In this document: positions 20,918-34,160 of the stretch, in pieces
Layout: every line of letters begins with the position of its first letter
How positions within the stretch are numbered: the first letter of the stretch is position 1
Assembly (NCBI RefSeq): GCF_006345805.1
Contig: NC_043001.1
Span: 93,682,001 to 93,746,000 of the forward strand
Direction: 5' to 3'
DNA: 64,000 nt
From: Octopus sinensis
Taxonomy: Eukaryota
Program-made: the position numbers and the translations under genes
The notes under the pieces: model-generated
What the model saw: the letters and a program-made list of their open reading frames with translations, nothing else
Told to the model about the DNA's origin: nothing
The model's database searches: none

Positions 20918-21178
20918 TTCAATATGAAATAGTGTACATGAAAGCACAAAGAGAAATTACCTATAACAGGCAATTTCTACATGCTAGGAGACAGTCAAAA
21001 CGACTGAAAATCACAAAATCTAAGCAACTTCAAAGGTAAAAGTTTTCATTGTTTCATTCCCTTTGAAATTGCTGAAATTTTGTGGTTTTCGGTCGTTTTG
21101 ACTGTCTCCTAGCGTGTAGAAATTGCCTGTTATAGGTAATTTCTCCTTGTGTTTAAATGTACACTATTTCATATTGAA
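20918..21178. mobile_element. Fold-back (MITE-like) element: about 119-bp inverted arms and a 22-nt spacer
   Basis: Arm 20918-21036 matches the reverse complement of 21059-21178 at roughly 90% by eye; it abuts a (TA)n run. Confidence 0.8.
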
Positions 21179-21376
21179 TAATATGTCGTCTATTGACTTT
21201 TTATACATGCTAGGTCACTTGTAGTGAAATTTGTAAAAATTTGCTACCCTATATATAAACATATACATACATATATATATATACATATAAAGATAACACA
21301 GACACACACATAAAGAGATAGACATATATATCCCTATCCAAATACACGCGGTCATACACACACATATATATGTGTG

Positions 21377-21441
21377 TTATACTAATACATCTGTTTGTTT
21401 TTACACCTCTTGTCTTCGTCTTTTGTTTTTTCATGAATTTT

Positions 21442-21444
<3 letters not shown>
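21377..21444 (+). mobile_element. Family H element, 3' part only (no hammerhead)
   Basis: ATACTAATACATCTGTTTG..GTCTTCGTCTTTTGTT..TGAATTTTCC then (TA)n, as at 29288-29356. Confidence 0.7.
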
Positions 21445-21494
<50 letters not shown>

Positions 21495-22023
21495 CTTACA
21501 CAATCGTATACCTATATAAATGCATAGATCTAGTGATTGAGTTCAAATTTGTGAAATTACAGAGCGTAACGTTACTGTCGTTCTCCTAGTAGTAATGTTT
21601 TGAAGAATATATTTGCCAGTAAATGTATAAACTTCATAAATATATAATCAAAACCTGTTAGATGTTGGAGTTTCTTTGTAAATTCTTTTTGCTGACATAA
21701 AATTTATTCAACCTGTGTCACTGAAAATCTATGTGAGCATTGCATTTGTAGGCATGAAACATAAATGATATCTCAAAGAGGGGTTAGTTTTAGCTAATAT
21801 GTCATAATACTGACACGTATCTACTGGACTTCGACACTGCTAAACTTTTTACCTGTGCCAAGTGCTAATTCTCACATTGTGTATGTAAGTATGTATACAC
21901 ATGCATGTATACACAAACGCACATATATGTATATTATACATATACATCCATATGTATATGTATATGCATGTATACATATGTATGTAAGTAATAAACAATA
22001 TATATATGCATACATATATATGT

Positions 22024-22075
<52 letters not shown>

Positions 22076-22078
<3 letters not shown>

Positions 22079-22356
22079 GAGGCGCAATGGCCCAGTGTTT
22101 AGGGCAGCGGACTCGCGGTCGTAGGTTCGCGGTTTTGATTCCCAGACACCTAAACACCTAAAGGGGCACGAGGCTCCGGCAGTGGGGTGGGGGTGGCAAC
22201 CCCTATTGTACTCTTTCTCCACAGCTTTCTCTCACTCTTTCTTCTGTTGGCCTGCTCGCTTAGCCGGCGGAGTGGCATCATTTGAAGGCTAAAACAATGC
22301 GAAGCGCATTGTGACGAGCGATGTGTAACAATATCTGATAGCCTGGTCGGTCATGG
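22076..22356 (+). mobile_element. SINE family B, tail type 2
   Basis: Family B head followed by GGCCTGCTCGCTTAGCC..AACAATGCGAAGCGCATTGTGAC..CTGGTCGGTCA. Confidence 0.88.
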
Positions 22357-22423
22357 TGGTGGTGATATATATGTATACATATGATAGACTATAATATAAT
22401 ATAATATGATATAATATTATATA

Positions 22424-22483
<60 letters not shown>

Positions 22484-22776
22484 TGAATGCATATACATAT
22501 ATTAATGTGTCTGTTCATGTATGTGTATGAACGTCACTGCATTAATTATTGATTCTTCTCACTTCGGAATAGATACCCGCAGTTCTATTACAGTAGAATC
22601 GTCTTAAATTGATTTCAGACTTTTTTCTTGCTTCTTTATGACATGACTTTATTGTTGTTTTTTGTTTGTTTGCTATTGATATTGGTTTTTGATTTAGATT
22701 AGTTTTCAGTGAGTCTCATTTTTTTCTCTATTGTTTTTTGTTCAGTGTATGAAGTGGGGGAGCTGGGGAATATTCA

Positions 22777-22954
22777 TTAGACAAGAAATTGATAATTGAA
22801 ACGTTTCCAGATTCCAACATAGTAATTTTCTTCTAACAAATATTGTGCGTTAGAGTAGAGGTGGGTGATCTTCTCGCCTTCACCTTCAGTATGGAATGCA
22901 TCATTATCTATAATTAACCCCAGAATAGAACCATAAATTGTATTCTTATGTCGA
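22777..22954 (-). CDS. Weak candidate exon
   Basis: Acceptor TGTGTTTTTAATCAG| then an open frame RHKNTIYGSILGLIIDNDAFHTEGEGEKITHLYSNAQYLLEENYYVGIWKRFNYQFLV*; no convincing donor. Confidence 0.2.
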
Positions 22955-24351
22955 CTGATTAAAAACACAAGATGTTAAAATTACGAAATTAGTTTGTTGT
23001 ATTTATTTATTTTCCAAAATTATAAAATTTTAGAGTAGAAAATCGCGTTATTTCCCTCCAATCAGTATCAATGAGTGTATAATGAGAATTACACTCGTAG
23101 TTCTTCCCGACTTAAATGCATATGCCGATGAAATCAGACTTTGACCTTCCCGTCATACCCAAGGTCACGCGTAACAGGTACCGATGTACTCTCCACATAG
23201 AATGGAAATTAATCCCAATCTCTGGCTTCTATATGAATGACATGTAAAGGATGAGTAAATTTTATAAAGATTCTTTAATTCAATTCCAAGAGAAAATTTC
23301 ACACGTTTCTGAAGTCATATAAAATGCTGCATTTGCAAATTACAATATTTCTATAAGCAACAGGTGATTCACTGACGTAAATATAACAAACGAATCTCTA
23401 TTCATGCACTGTTGATTCATATCATGATAACATGCAAATAAAGACAAGATTTTAGAATTCTAGACCATTATCTGCATGATATGAGCATTGACTTGTTGCA
23501 TGATATCATGTGTTTCTTATGCGAAAACTGACGTTTGTGATACCGATAGAATATACCCGTCTATTTAATAGGGAGAAAAATAATTTAAGCAATGATAAAA
23601 TATCAAAACACACACTATCAAAACACAGTGTCATTGATATCAAACCTGCAAGCGATTAGAACACATTGTGTGATATCTGACTGTCACTAACGTATACATT
23701 CCTGTTTATCGACGGTAATATTTTGGGTTCCAATTCACAGACATGATATGGCGTGCAGAAATTTATTTTTAACATGGAATTCTGTGTTCATAGTCACTAA
23801 GCATATCGCAATGATGCCGTTGCTCAAATGAAGCTTAAGTCAATGACTTCTTCTTCATAATATGGGACACCTGCCAACCAACTTCTTTTTCAGTAATAGG
23901 AAGAAATGGAAAAAACAATGTTTTGTCACTTCCCATATACATTAGTTTAACAGATAAAGCAAAATTGCTAGGATTTTGTTCAGAAATCAGTTTACGAGAA
24001 TCTTACCGATTACTTTATTAAGTATGCTACTGTTACGGTGTTGAACAAGAAAGCTATAGCTTTTAAAGCATTGTGATTATCACTCTGGTCCTTTGCAGGG
24101 TTAATTCCGAGGCCCTTACTGGATATCGTTCAGATCTTAGTCGACTGGTGCAAAGTGAAATGAAATGCTCTAAATAAGAACAAATGACAGCGTCCTGTGC
24201 AAAATCGAAACCCAGATCTCAACAATCGTGAGTGCAGCATCTTAACCACGATAACATGAGCCATCATGATTTAATAATAATGACAGTAGTAGTAGTAGTA
24301 GCAGTAGAAAGTAGAAGTAGTAGTGATACTACTAGTACTACTAATAATAAT

Positions 24352-24945
24352 AGAAATACCAAAGGGGGCAACGAGTCCCTCTGGAAAATTCCTCGTCTGA
24401 TATCAACTTTCCCTAAGAATGTATCACCCGAGTAGAGATCTACTTTCTATTTCTTTCGATATTTTATCATTGCTTAAATTATTTTTCTGTGTATTAAATA
24501 GACGGGTATATCGTATCGGTATCACAAACTTCAGGTTTTGCATAAGGGTTGTTTCAGCTGATTTCCATAAGATCCAGTGCGATTGTGGTGAATAATAAAC
24601 AAACATCTTGTATGAAAACCGACAGAACATGCCCCGGTGACAGTAGGATCAATGTTAAAGAAGAATAAAAAATAAACAACTATGACGATTTGAAGTGGGA
24701 GATACGAAGTTTGTGGTCCCTGTAGAAAGTAGACGGGATTCCAATAGTAATTGGTGCACTTGGCAGGATCATCATTCAACTATCAACATGGATGAAAAAG
24801 ATTGGTGCAAGTGTGGAGGTAGAACACCTACAAAAACCAGCATTACTTTGAAATGCAAGGTTTTTGAAGCATGACCAGTAAACAAGTGTCATCTTAGTCT
24901 GCTGACACTTGCCATCATACCCAGCAAAGTGAGCTGCGAGTTTTC
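24352..24945 (+). mobile_element. Dong/R4-clade LINE 3' end (RLE domain) with an inverted RT fragment at its 5' side
   Basis: The plus strand at 24545-24880 decodes to DFH..IQCD..CPGDSRINVKEE*KINNYDDLKWEIRSLW..IPIVIGALG..LQKPALL. The minus strand at 24352-24465 is homologous to RT 26672-26775 (GKVDIRRGIFQRDSLPPLVF). Confidence 0.8.
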
Positions 24946-24949
24946 ATCA

Positions 24950-24991
24950 AATAATAATAATGATAATAACGATGATGATGATGATTATGAT

Positions 24992-25057
<66 letters not shown>
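24950..25057. repeat. (AAT)n/(GAT)n microsatellite
   Basis: Directly visible between Dong/R4 pieces. Confidence 0.95.
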
Positions 25058-25089
25058 CACATATTTATGATTATTTCAAGTATAAGACG

Positions 25090-25260
25090 AAAAGTCGAAA
25101 TTAAACAACATGTAATAATACCACACAGTAGTTGGAGCAAAGATGGCATCTCAAGACGGAGCACTTGGAATGATGAAGAAAAGGAACTGAAAATTGCTTA
25201 AAAATGATACCTGGAAAAATATAAAAACTAATACAACAGAAAACTCACACAAAGCCCTAG
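25090..25260 (+). mobile_element. Short RLE C-terminal fragment of a second Dong/R4-like lineage
   Basis: With one frameshift it reads GALGMMKKGTENCLKMIPGK. Confidence 0.45.
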
Positions 25261-25399
25261 AACAAAACGTACTAATACAATACAATATCCGTCCCTCAAA
25301 AAACATCACAATCCACCACCACAAAGGTACAACAAACAATGTAATAGAAAGTTGCTAGAAACTTTCAGACGTCGAGAAATAATAGTGGTAATGAAGATG

Positions 25400-27760
25400 A
25401 CTAACGTTACCTTACACCAGTTTATGACAGATAGGGATTTCCGAAAAACCCTGGTTGTAAAAGCGAATTGAATCTGGACCTTTAATAGAAGGCCTCTCGC
25501 TCAGAAGTGGTTCAGGAAAGATGCAGGCTGACCATAGCTGTCATCCTAATACAGTCAGCTGCATATAATAGTGCAAGGAGGAGGAAGTGGACCAGCGAAG
25601 AAAACAGGATAGAGATATTTAGAAAGTTAACCTAAAAGAAAAGTCCTCAGAAACCCGATGTTAACACTTTGGGTAGAGAAAGTTATTTTAAAAGTGACCG
25701 GGCATAGTTTATTTGGTTAAGTTAATGCTGTTAGGAGAAGAAAGTGGACGATAGAACTGGCAATAGAAAAGATCACAAGAAAACTGGAAAAGAAAGATCA
25801 GGCAGTAGGAAAGACAAGCAACAGCATACGAAATTCAACTCAAACCAAATAAGAACCTAAAGGAAAAAAATTAATAGCGCTTCCAATAGGGAAAAGACAA
25901 CTGGCACCAACGACTTAAGTGATTTAAGTGAGGAAGGTCAGAAGATTTTAGATTTGTCGCAGGAAGTAATGAGTAAAGAAGGGAGGAAAAGACCGCCAGC
26001 ATTAAAAGGCACCGACAGAAGGAAGCTGCCAGAAATGACTAGGAAAATAGATTCTGTTTTCAGTAAGATAGATAAGAGAAAATATAGAAGACACTAACTT
26101 ATTGATCTATGTAGGAAGGACACTAGTCATCAGAAGATTATATATCTCTCAGAGAAAGATTAAAAATGGGCAAATGTGGAAAAGGAGACAACAAAATAAA
26201 GTGAAGATTTTGAGACAAGATCTGTGTTGAATAGAAGCCAGGAAAACAAACAAGCTAGGAAACACAAAATGCAAATCTTGTCTCGCTGAAAGACACTTAG
26301 TCAAAAAGAAAGTGTTTGAGACAATAGTATTAGAGTTAAAACAATAATGGAAAAGTTAAAATAGCGTAGAACAATCACTTGCTAATCATTAGTGTGGAAG
26401 CTGTTAACAGGAATGCTTTCAGAGAGTATGTACGAGCTTCTCGACAACAAGAATTTACTGCCAGCAATGCAGAAAGAAGGCTAGAGGAGCGCATGATCTA
26501 TTATACATAGACAAAGCAGTTCTAAATGAAGTAAAAGCGAGAAAAAAATCTAATAATAGCCATAGGTAGAATATAGGAAAGCCTATGGCACGATTTCACA
26601 CTCATGGTTAAGTGAATGTTTGAGTATATTAAGTATAGCAGACAAAATAAGATCATTAATTAGCTGTAGCATAAAGAAATAAAAAGTAGATCTCTACTCA
26701 GGTGACACTCTTAGGGAAAGTTGGTATCAGACGAGGAATTTTCCAGGGGGACTCATTGCTCTCTTTAGTATTTGTCTTATGTTTGATCCCCTTCAGTTTA
26801 ATATTAAGGAAGGCAAAGGAAGGGTATCCTTTCAGAAATTGTAATGGAAAGATTAACCATTTGCTGTTCAAGGATGACCTGAAGCGTTTTAGTAAGAATG
26901 AAAAAGAGATAGATTCCTTTATACAAATTGTAAGACTCTTCAGCAAAGATATAGGTATCAAATTTGGCATGGATAAGTGTGCAATATTACTCATGAGAAG
27001 AGAACAAGCAGTAAACAGTCAATACATCCAATTGCCAGATGGCCAGACATTAAAATCATTGAAAGGAGGAGAGATTTATAAGTACCTAGGGGTATTAGAG
27101 TCTGACAGAGTAACAAGAACAGAAATGGAAACGAAAATTGAGAAGCAATACATCAGAAGTTTTAGGAAGTTAATGCAGTCAAAGCTAAATGGTCCGAATC
27201 AAGTGAAGGCTGTAAATACTTGGGCAGCATCATTACTTAGTTTTTTGTAGATTGGACAACTGATTAATCAAAGCAGGACATAAGGAGTGAAAAGGAATTC
27301 AATATGAATGGAGGACTCCACCCAAGGTCAGGAGTAGCGAGATTATACCTACCTAAAAAGGAAGCTGGAAGAGGGCTAATATCAATAGAAGTCTGTGGAG
27401 TTAGTTAGAGTAGATGTAGAGTCCTAAGTATGTAATATTGAAGAAAGTTTAGAGTCTACAGCAAGACATAGGGAAATCAAAACACCAAACGAACTTAAAA
27501 ATTAGAAAAAAGAACAGAAATTATTTGATGGCAGGAGATAGCCTTGCATGGTAGATTCTCAAAGACAGTTTCAGCAAATATTAGTGAGATATCGTTATAG
27601 ATGCAGAAAGGAAAGCTGAAGAAGGAGAATGAAATGTTGTTAGTAGCAGCAAGAGCAAGCAATAAGGACTAATTGGATAAAAGCGAAAATAGACAAAAAC
27701 CAAGTAGATTCTCAATGTAGATTATGCAAATCAAAAGAGGAAAGCGTTAGCATAATAATG
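25400..27760 (+). mobile_element. Decayed, internally deleted Dong/R4-clade LINE (N-terminus, RT, start of CCHC finger)
   Basis: RRRKWTSEENR (about 25576), EYRKAYGTISHSWL (about 26570), ORF 26702-27250 (GIFQGDSL..KINHLLFKDDLK..YKYLGVLE..AVNTWA), LYLPKKEAGRGLISIE (about 27340) and CRLCKSKEESV (about 27715); ends in (AAT)n. Confidence 0.88.
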
Positions 27761-27764
27761 TTGA

Positions 27765-27780
27765 TGATGATGTTAATAAT

Positions 27781-27851
<71 letters not shown>

Positions 27852-27871
27852 TAATAATAATAATAATAATG

Positions 27872-27909
<38 letters not shown>

Positions 27910-27930
27910 TATTATTATTATTATTATAAT
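27765..27930. repeat. (AAT)n switching to (ATT)n microsatellite
   Basis: Directly visible; the strand switch occurs at about 27908. Confidence 0.95.
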
Positions 27931-28280
27931 CTTTTCTACTATTGGTACAAGGCCTGAAGTTTGTGGGGAGGGTCTAAGACGATTAAAGTAACCTCAATGT
28001 TCAACTGGTATTTATTTTATCGACCCTGAAATGATGAAAGGCAACGTCGAACTCGGCGGAATTTGAACTCATTACAGACGAGCGAAATACCGCTGGGCAT
28101 TTCATCCAGCGTGGTAACGATTTTGGCAGCTTACTGCCTTCAACAATAGTATTTTCTGTTATAGGGACAAGGCCAGAAATTTCTGTGGAGGAGGCTAGTC
28201 ATTTACATCGATCACCATGTTCACCTGGTATTTTATCGACTTCGAAAAGATGAATGAGAAGGACAACCTCGATGGAAATG
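27925..28280 (-). mobile_element. SINE family A tail type 2: full copy (27925-28140) plus partial copy (28155-28280)
   Basis: The reverse complement matches 18639-18840, including GGCCTTGTACCAATAGTAGAAAAGA. Confidence 0.78.
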
Positions 28281-29159
28281 CCGCATAATATTTGATCCGG
28301 CATACTACCGATTCTACTAGCTGGATGCCTTTAATATTAATGAAATAATATTGTAGACAAGGCTCAGATGTGCCGCTACACATGAGAAAATGGTAAAAGA
28401 AGAGGATATAATGCGGTAATATATTAAGTAAACGAGGACAATAATGAAGCCTAGCCATTATACTGAGGAAACTACAAAAGACAGAAAATTAAAGCGTAAA
28501 AGAGCCATAAGGACGAAGAGTGTATAGGCATTATATGGGTAGTTTTGACGAATAGGACTTTTGACGGATGAAGTGTCTGCTGCTATGCTTTTGTATAGTC
28601 GGCTCAGAAGTTATACGAACTATTACATGTGTGTTTAAAATTTGCGCAAGAATTATTTCCAATATGTTATTAAATCAGATAATTTGGATAAGGACGCACG
28701 AAAGCATCTTTGTATGCCAATTACTTTAACCATTTGACTGATATTGCTGTTTCTCTCTGAATTGCGTTTATTCATGCTCAGATTATGTTCACAGTATACA
28801 CTTGCTATCCGCTGCCATTTGGTCTCTTCTGTATATTACTATTAATATATTTGAGTTTGACATTAAATCAATTACAGTCATTTTCCTTTTATACAAAATA
28901 CTTCATTTTATTTCGCCTTTGGATTTGGTTTTCGAAACTCTTTATGTGAGTTCATGTGTTGAAGCATATTCTGTTGTGTCTGGGGAGATTCATTTTCTTT
29001 TTGTGCCTTATAATTTAACACACGCACCGGTAAACTTTCCACTTATTCCTTATTTTTATTTTCCTAAAATCTTCGTTGCGTCTTGCAACCTTTTCAATAG
29101 TTTTGACTCTTATTTTCTTTTTACATTTATGAAGAGGGAGGAGTAAAATATTTCTACGA

Positions 29160-29355
29160 TATATATATCGCCATGATAGATCGGTAGCCACTACACACAT
29201 TTTTTCTCTTCTTGTTTCTCTCTTTGTTTCTGTCTGTGACAGAGCGTAGGCTCGAAACGTAAAAGACTTTTTCAATTCCTGAGCGTCATACTAATACATC
29301 TGTCTATTTTCTAAACCACCGGTCTTCGTCTTTTGTTTCTTCGTGAATTCTCCCC

Positions 29356-29356
<1 letters not shown>
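29160..29356 (+). mobile_element. Family H element (copy 3) with a hammerhead-like motif at 29221-29266
   Basis: CGCCATGATAGATCG..GAGC(GTAG)GCTC-GAAA-CG-TA-AAAGA..CCTGAGCG..ATACTAATACA..CTTCGTCTTTTGTT, ending in (TA)n. Confidence 0.8.
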
Positions 29357-29428
<72 letters not shown>

Positions 29429-31149
29429 TAAAGGGAGCCGGTATTCCTCAGTCTCAAAGTTCAAGGACCAATGCCCTCAAGTAAGTATGCGAATACCAGA
29501 GAGCTATTACATTTCAAAATTTCAGATATAACAACTGGAGAAATACTGAAAAATGTGTACGTACAGGAATAGATCCACATCCATACAATCATTAGTTTAT
29601 ACACTAACCTCCATGCCTTCATATGAAGGCCACATGCGTTCATAATGTGTATGTGTATGGGTTGCGCACGTATGTGTGTGTGTGTTTGTGTGGATGGGTG
29701 TTTGTGTGTGTGTGTGTGTGTACATAGTGTCAGAGAAAATGTAAAAGGGACGTGAGAGATCGACAATGACAAATAAAACCTACCAGAAAAGGTAAATTTA
29801 ATCGAAAGGATATTGGTTGAAAATCATGATAAATTGTAGAGAATCGCATTTCCTGTCCATTAAAATTTGTCAAGAAATCTTTGACAGATCCGCGTTCATA
29901 AATGGAAATATTGTGTACTATAAAATATTAATCATCCCAGCAAATGTCAAATTGTCTGGAAAGTGTTTCCTCTTCTAAATATTTTACATACCCCCCCTCT
30001 CTCTCTCTCTCTCACACACACACAGGCACACAAAAGCATACAGAAATACACATACGCAAGAGGAGCTATTCTTCGTATGAGATTATGTTGATAAAATATA
30101 CAATACGAAGCAAAATAGATGTAGGTCGACATCAACTATAATTCTTTGCTAATTTTGTACCGAATCAAAATTGCTTTCACTGTACAAGCGAAGCCAAGCA
30201 AATATTTGTAAAGGAAAATATATTATATTAAATCGAAGTCGATGTCTTCATATCATACATATATTAAAATCAGCGGTAATGGAATGATATACGTATTGTG
30301 TGTTATTTTTTAAACTCCACTATTAATAGCTAGCAAGATTCAACCGACAGAGTGTAAGCTCAAAGTCTCTAGTCAGTAGGCCATCTGATTTAGCTTCTGA
30401 GGTTCAATGTCCTAGCACAAATATTTCACAGATAAGGTAATTAAACAAACTTAGTATGTAAACTAAGTATGGCTGACAATTTCCCTTTCTTCAGACATTG
30501 GTAAATGTGTTTATTTTCAAAACCATGTGAATGCTCAGATTTTTCATTCGGTAATATATTGACACTTCGGTATGTAAACAGAAAAAAATTGGTATGATCA
30601 TGTTGGTAACAAGGTACATGTTAACAACCAGGATGCATTCAACTGGAACGTGCTTTTGCAGGTTCAGAAGGGGATCAAGTGAAACAATGACAATACATCA
30701 AAGGCTCGTAGGAAAATATTTCTAGATTAAAGACATGGAGATTTCTTTGTCAACCATCCATCATCCAAAATATCACGCATAATATTTTATTTCATCTTTG
30801 AATCAAGCTGGTGGGAGAGAAAGGGGAGCAGTAAATAAGTCTTATGTATCCTATGGAAGTCCGGTCGCAATACTCGGAAACATTAAAATCCATAAAGGCA
30901 CTGAGTGGCCAGGTCTGTCATTTAACTGACAGATATATGAAATAACTATGAGTATATTTACAGCTTATCAAGATTTCCTTTTTAAGAAAGGCAGAACGTG
31001 ATACAACAGAGACATGTCAACGCTTTTCAATAGGTCCTATGCTCATTAAAGCGATTTTCCTGGTAATGTTTCTTGATAAACTGATGATGCCAATGATATT
31101 GAAGATGAAAATGGTTGTGATTGTGATGATGATGATAGTGACGATTATG

Positions 31150-31520
31150 GTGGAATTCGTCTGGTGATGGTGGTGATAGTGGTGATGTGTATACTGTAGC
31201 CATTCATGTTTTCACTGCCATACACGGTAAGGTATTTTTTCTTATTAGCTGGCGGTCGTTTTTGTAGCTGTTGTGTAGCTTCTGACCAACACTGATCTAG
31301 AAGGCGTATGAGCAAAGGCATTCTAGCCATGACCAACTCATTGAGATTATGTTACATTACATTATCTACTGCGTATTCAGCAGCGACTTTTGCTTAGGCA
31401 TCATGTGGGTGCTATATTTAACTAGTCAAGCTACCTCGTGGAGGCTCCTATTTGACCGCATTCTTCTAGATATCGTTTTGCTTAAGTCTGAATATGCAAA
31501 TATCGAAGGTTTCCACCTGA
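31150..31520 (-). mobile_element. Possible highly decayed RTE-type LINE 3' coding remnant
   Basis: VMARMPLLIRLLDQCWSEATQQLQKRPPANKKKY loosely resembles the RTE C-terminal (H)VARMP..RLP..KR..G.KKRY motif. Confidence 0.3.
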
Positions 31521-32939
31521 GTTCAAAGTAACATTTTAAGACGATGTCCATTACGTGATGTGTGGCTTTAATATTTCATTGTTTAACCGCAGGAACTCCT
31601 TGATATCGATAGTTCATAAATAGAGGATTTTCAACTAAGACTATTCTCTATAATTACTTTAGGTATCATGTATTTATAATACTACATTACTCATAGTTAT
31701 TACCTTCCCGAGGCATAATTTAAAAGTAATTTACTAACTATTTCTAGTATGTCAATTTGCCACTTAGAAAATATATTTTTGGCTTATCTATATTTAAACG
31801 CAAGGTTGTAATTTGAGGGAACTTTCGCCGCTCTTTCTAGTAGATCAAAAAATCACGTAGAGATCTATGTTATGTAATTTTGCTTTTGCGGTTGGCCTGC
31901 ATGGTTACTGTTTTATATTTGTATTGCATTTTTTTATATATGATTTTCATTACATTCTCTCCCCTGATGTAATATTACATCATTGATCTTGTTGTTTATG
32001 TTGTCAGTGGCGATAATGTTTCGGTTCATTTTTATAGTATCGCTGTATCGTTCCTGTTTTTGCAAGCCACCTATATTCATTTTTATTCTTCTGTCCTTAT
32101 TATCAATTTTCATTAGTTATTGTTGTAATTACTCCTGTTTCATCGATTATTTCTGATAATATTGGCAATTTGCTGGCGTCTTTTACGTTCTCGCTGTTAT
32201 TATTGTTGCGGTTTTTGTTATTCATGTTGATACTGTTGTCGTTATATTTTCTATTATTCTTCTCCACTTTGTTTCCTTGTTTTTGTCATCGTTGTTGTTG
32301 TTGTTGTTGTTGCTGTTGCTGTTGTTTTAATTGATTATTGGTGTTATTTCTGCTGCTACCTAAGTGATTCCCTTTAAGATCAAAAAACCAAGTGAATGAA
32401 ACTAGAATTACTCTTTAAACTGATACCTTTCATTATTTAAGGGTCGATTATAAGCAATTGATTTCAACGAGAAAATTGTCGATTGCATAACCACGTAACA
32501 CACACACACTCACACACATACACGGAGACATTATATTTCTTTTGCTATAATTTCTCTATTCGATATCTTCTTCCTTTTCTCATTTCCCCATGTACGTATT
32601 TATGTATTAGTTAGTAATCATTCGCTCCCATTAGGATTCTCCATTCAAGTTTGTGGCATTGAAAATAGCAACCACTTGCCAAAAGAGCAAGAGAGAAAAC
32701 ACACATACACACATACCTTCACATACATACATACATACATGCATACATACATACATACATACATACAATACACACACGTACACTTCTATCTATCTATCTA
32801 GCTAGCTAGCTAGCTAACTGTTTGTCTATCTATGTGTCTGTATGTCTGTGCATATATGTATGTATATATGTATACATCTATCTATCTATATTTATATGTG
32901 TCTGGCTATGCATATATGCATGTATATATGTATGTATGC

Positions 32940-33000
<61 letters not shown>

Positions 33001-33783
33001 ACTATCTATCTATCTATAGACGTGTGTGGGGACGATGGGGATGGGGGTTACTGCAAAAATACATAACAAAAACTAAACAAAAGAGAAAATGTGCATTTAT
33101 TTTCATGTTCTTCATAAGCTTGATGAACTGAGCGAAAATATCAAATGGGCACTAAAACGTTGCATGCATTTATATTAGCGCAAACATCGATCACCATTTG
33201 CTCCCTTCTCATCAACTGATTTACATTTTTGTCTTTGGTTTTTGTATTCTTGTTGGGAAGTTAAGGCAAAGCATAAAACAAGGGGAAATAAATTTGTCGA
33301 GTGTTATCTCAAGCGTATCGTTGATAACACAAGCAAAACTAATAAAAAAGAAAAGATAAAACTCTAACAGCAATTGCCGCAATATGGTAACAAATATATG
33401 TAAAATTTAATAATAATGATTCATTTTATTTTGTTCGCTTTGAAACCTGCTTTTGAAGTTGTTCTTTCCTATTTCTCTGTGAGTAATGAGGAGGAACGCA
33501 ATCAGAAAGTAAAGATTTTGTGTGTTTGTCTGCGTTTGCATATAAATGAGTGAATATGTGTTTGTACGTGATATTGGGGGGGGGGTTACATATGTATCTG
33601 TATTCGTGAGATGGAGGTTTACATTTGCTTGGAAACTTCAGCCACCGAAACTGGTTGATATTTAAATTCAGCCGAAGAGACATCTAGAGTTATCTAAACA
33701 GAGAAGTTATCTCAACAGAAGAGCAACAAGGTTAACAACAATTTCATGAAAGACAAAAGTAACGACAAAGACAATTAAAATAA

Positions 33784-34125
33784 TTTCCACTCGCCTTTCT
33801 CTTACTTCTCCTCATCTAACACCACCGCCACCACCACCACAACCACCACCACCTACTACTACTACTACTACTACTACTACATCTACCACCACTACCAAAA
33901 CTACCATCATCAACACCGCCGCCACCACTACCACCACTACCTACTACTACTACTACTACCACCACCAAAACCAACGCCATCAGCACCACCACCAATATCA
34001 ACTACTACTACTACTACTACCACCACCACCAAAACCATCACCACGAACACCACCACCACCTACTACTACTACTACCACCACCACCACTATCACCACCACT
34101 GCTGCTACTACTACTACTGCTGCTG

Positions 34126-34160
<35 letters not shown>

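Noticed and set aside
27758-27991. Poly-Ile and poly-Asn ORFs (also 24929-25201)
   Set aside because: They are (AAT)n repeats.
31081-31110. Other CTGATGA words (31081, about 14538, reverse at about 2106)
   Set aside because: No paired stem II, GAAA and UH arrangement; they are part of GAT repeats or random sequence.
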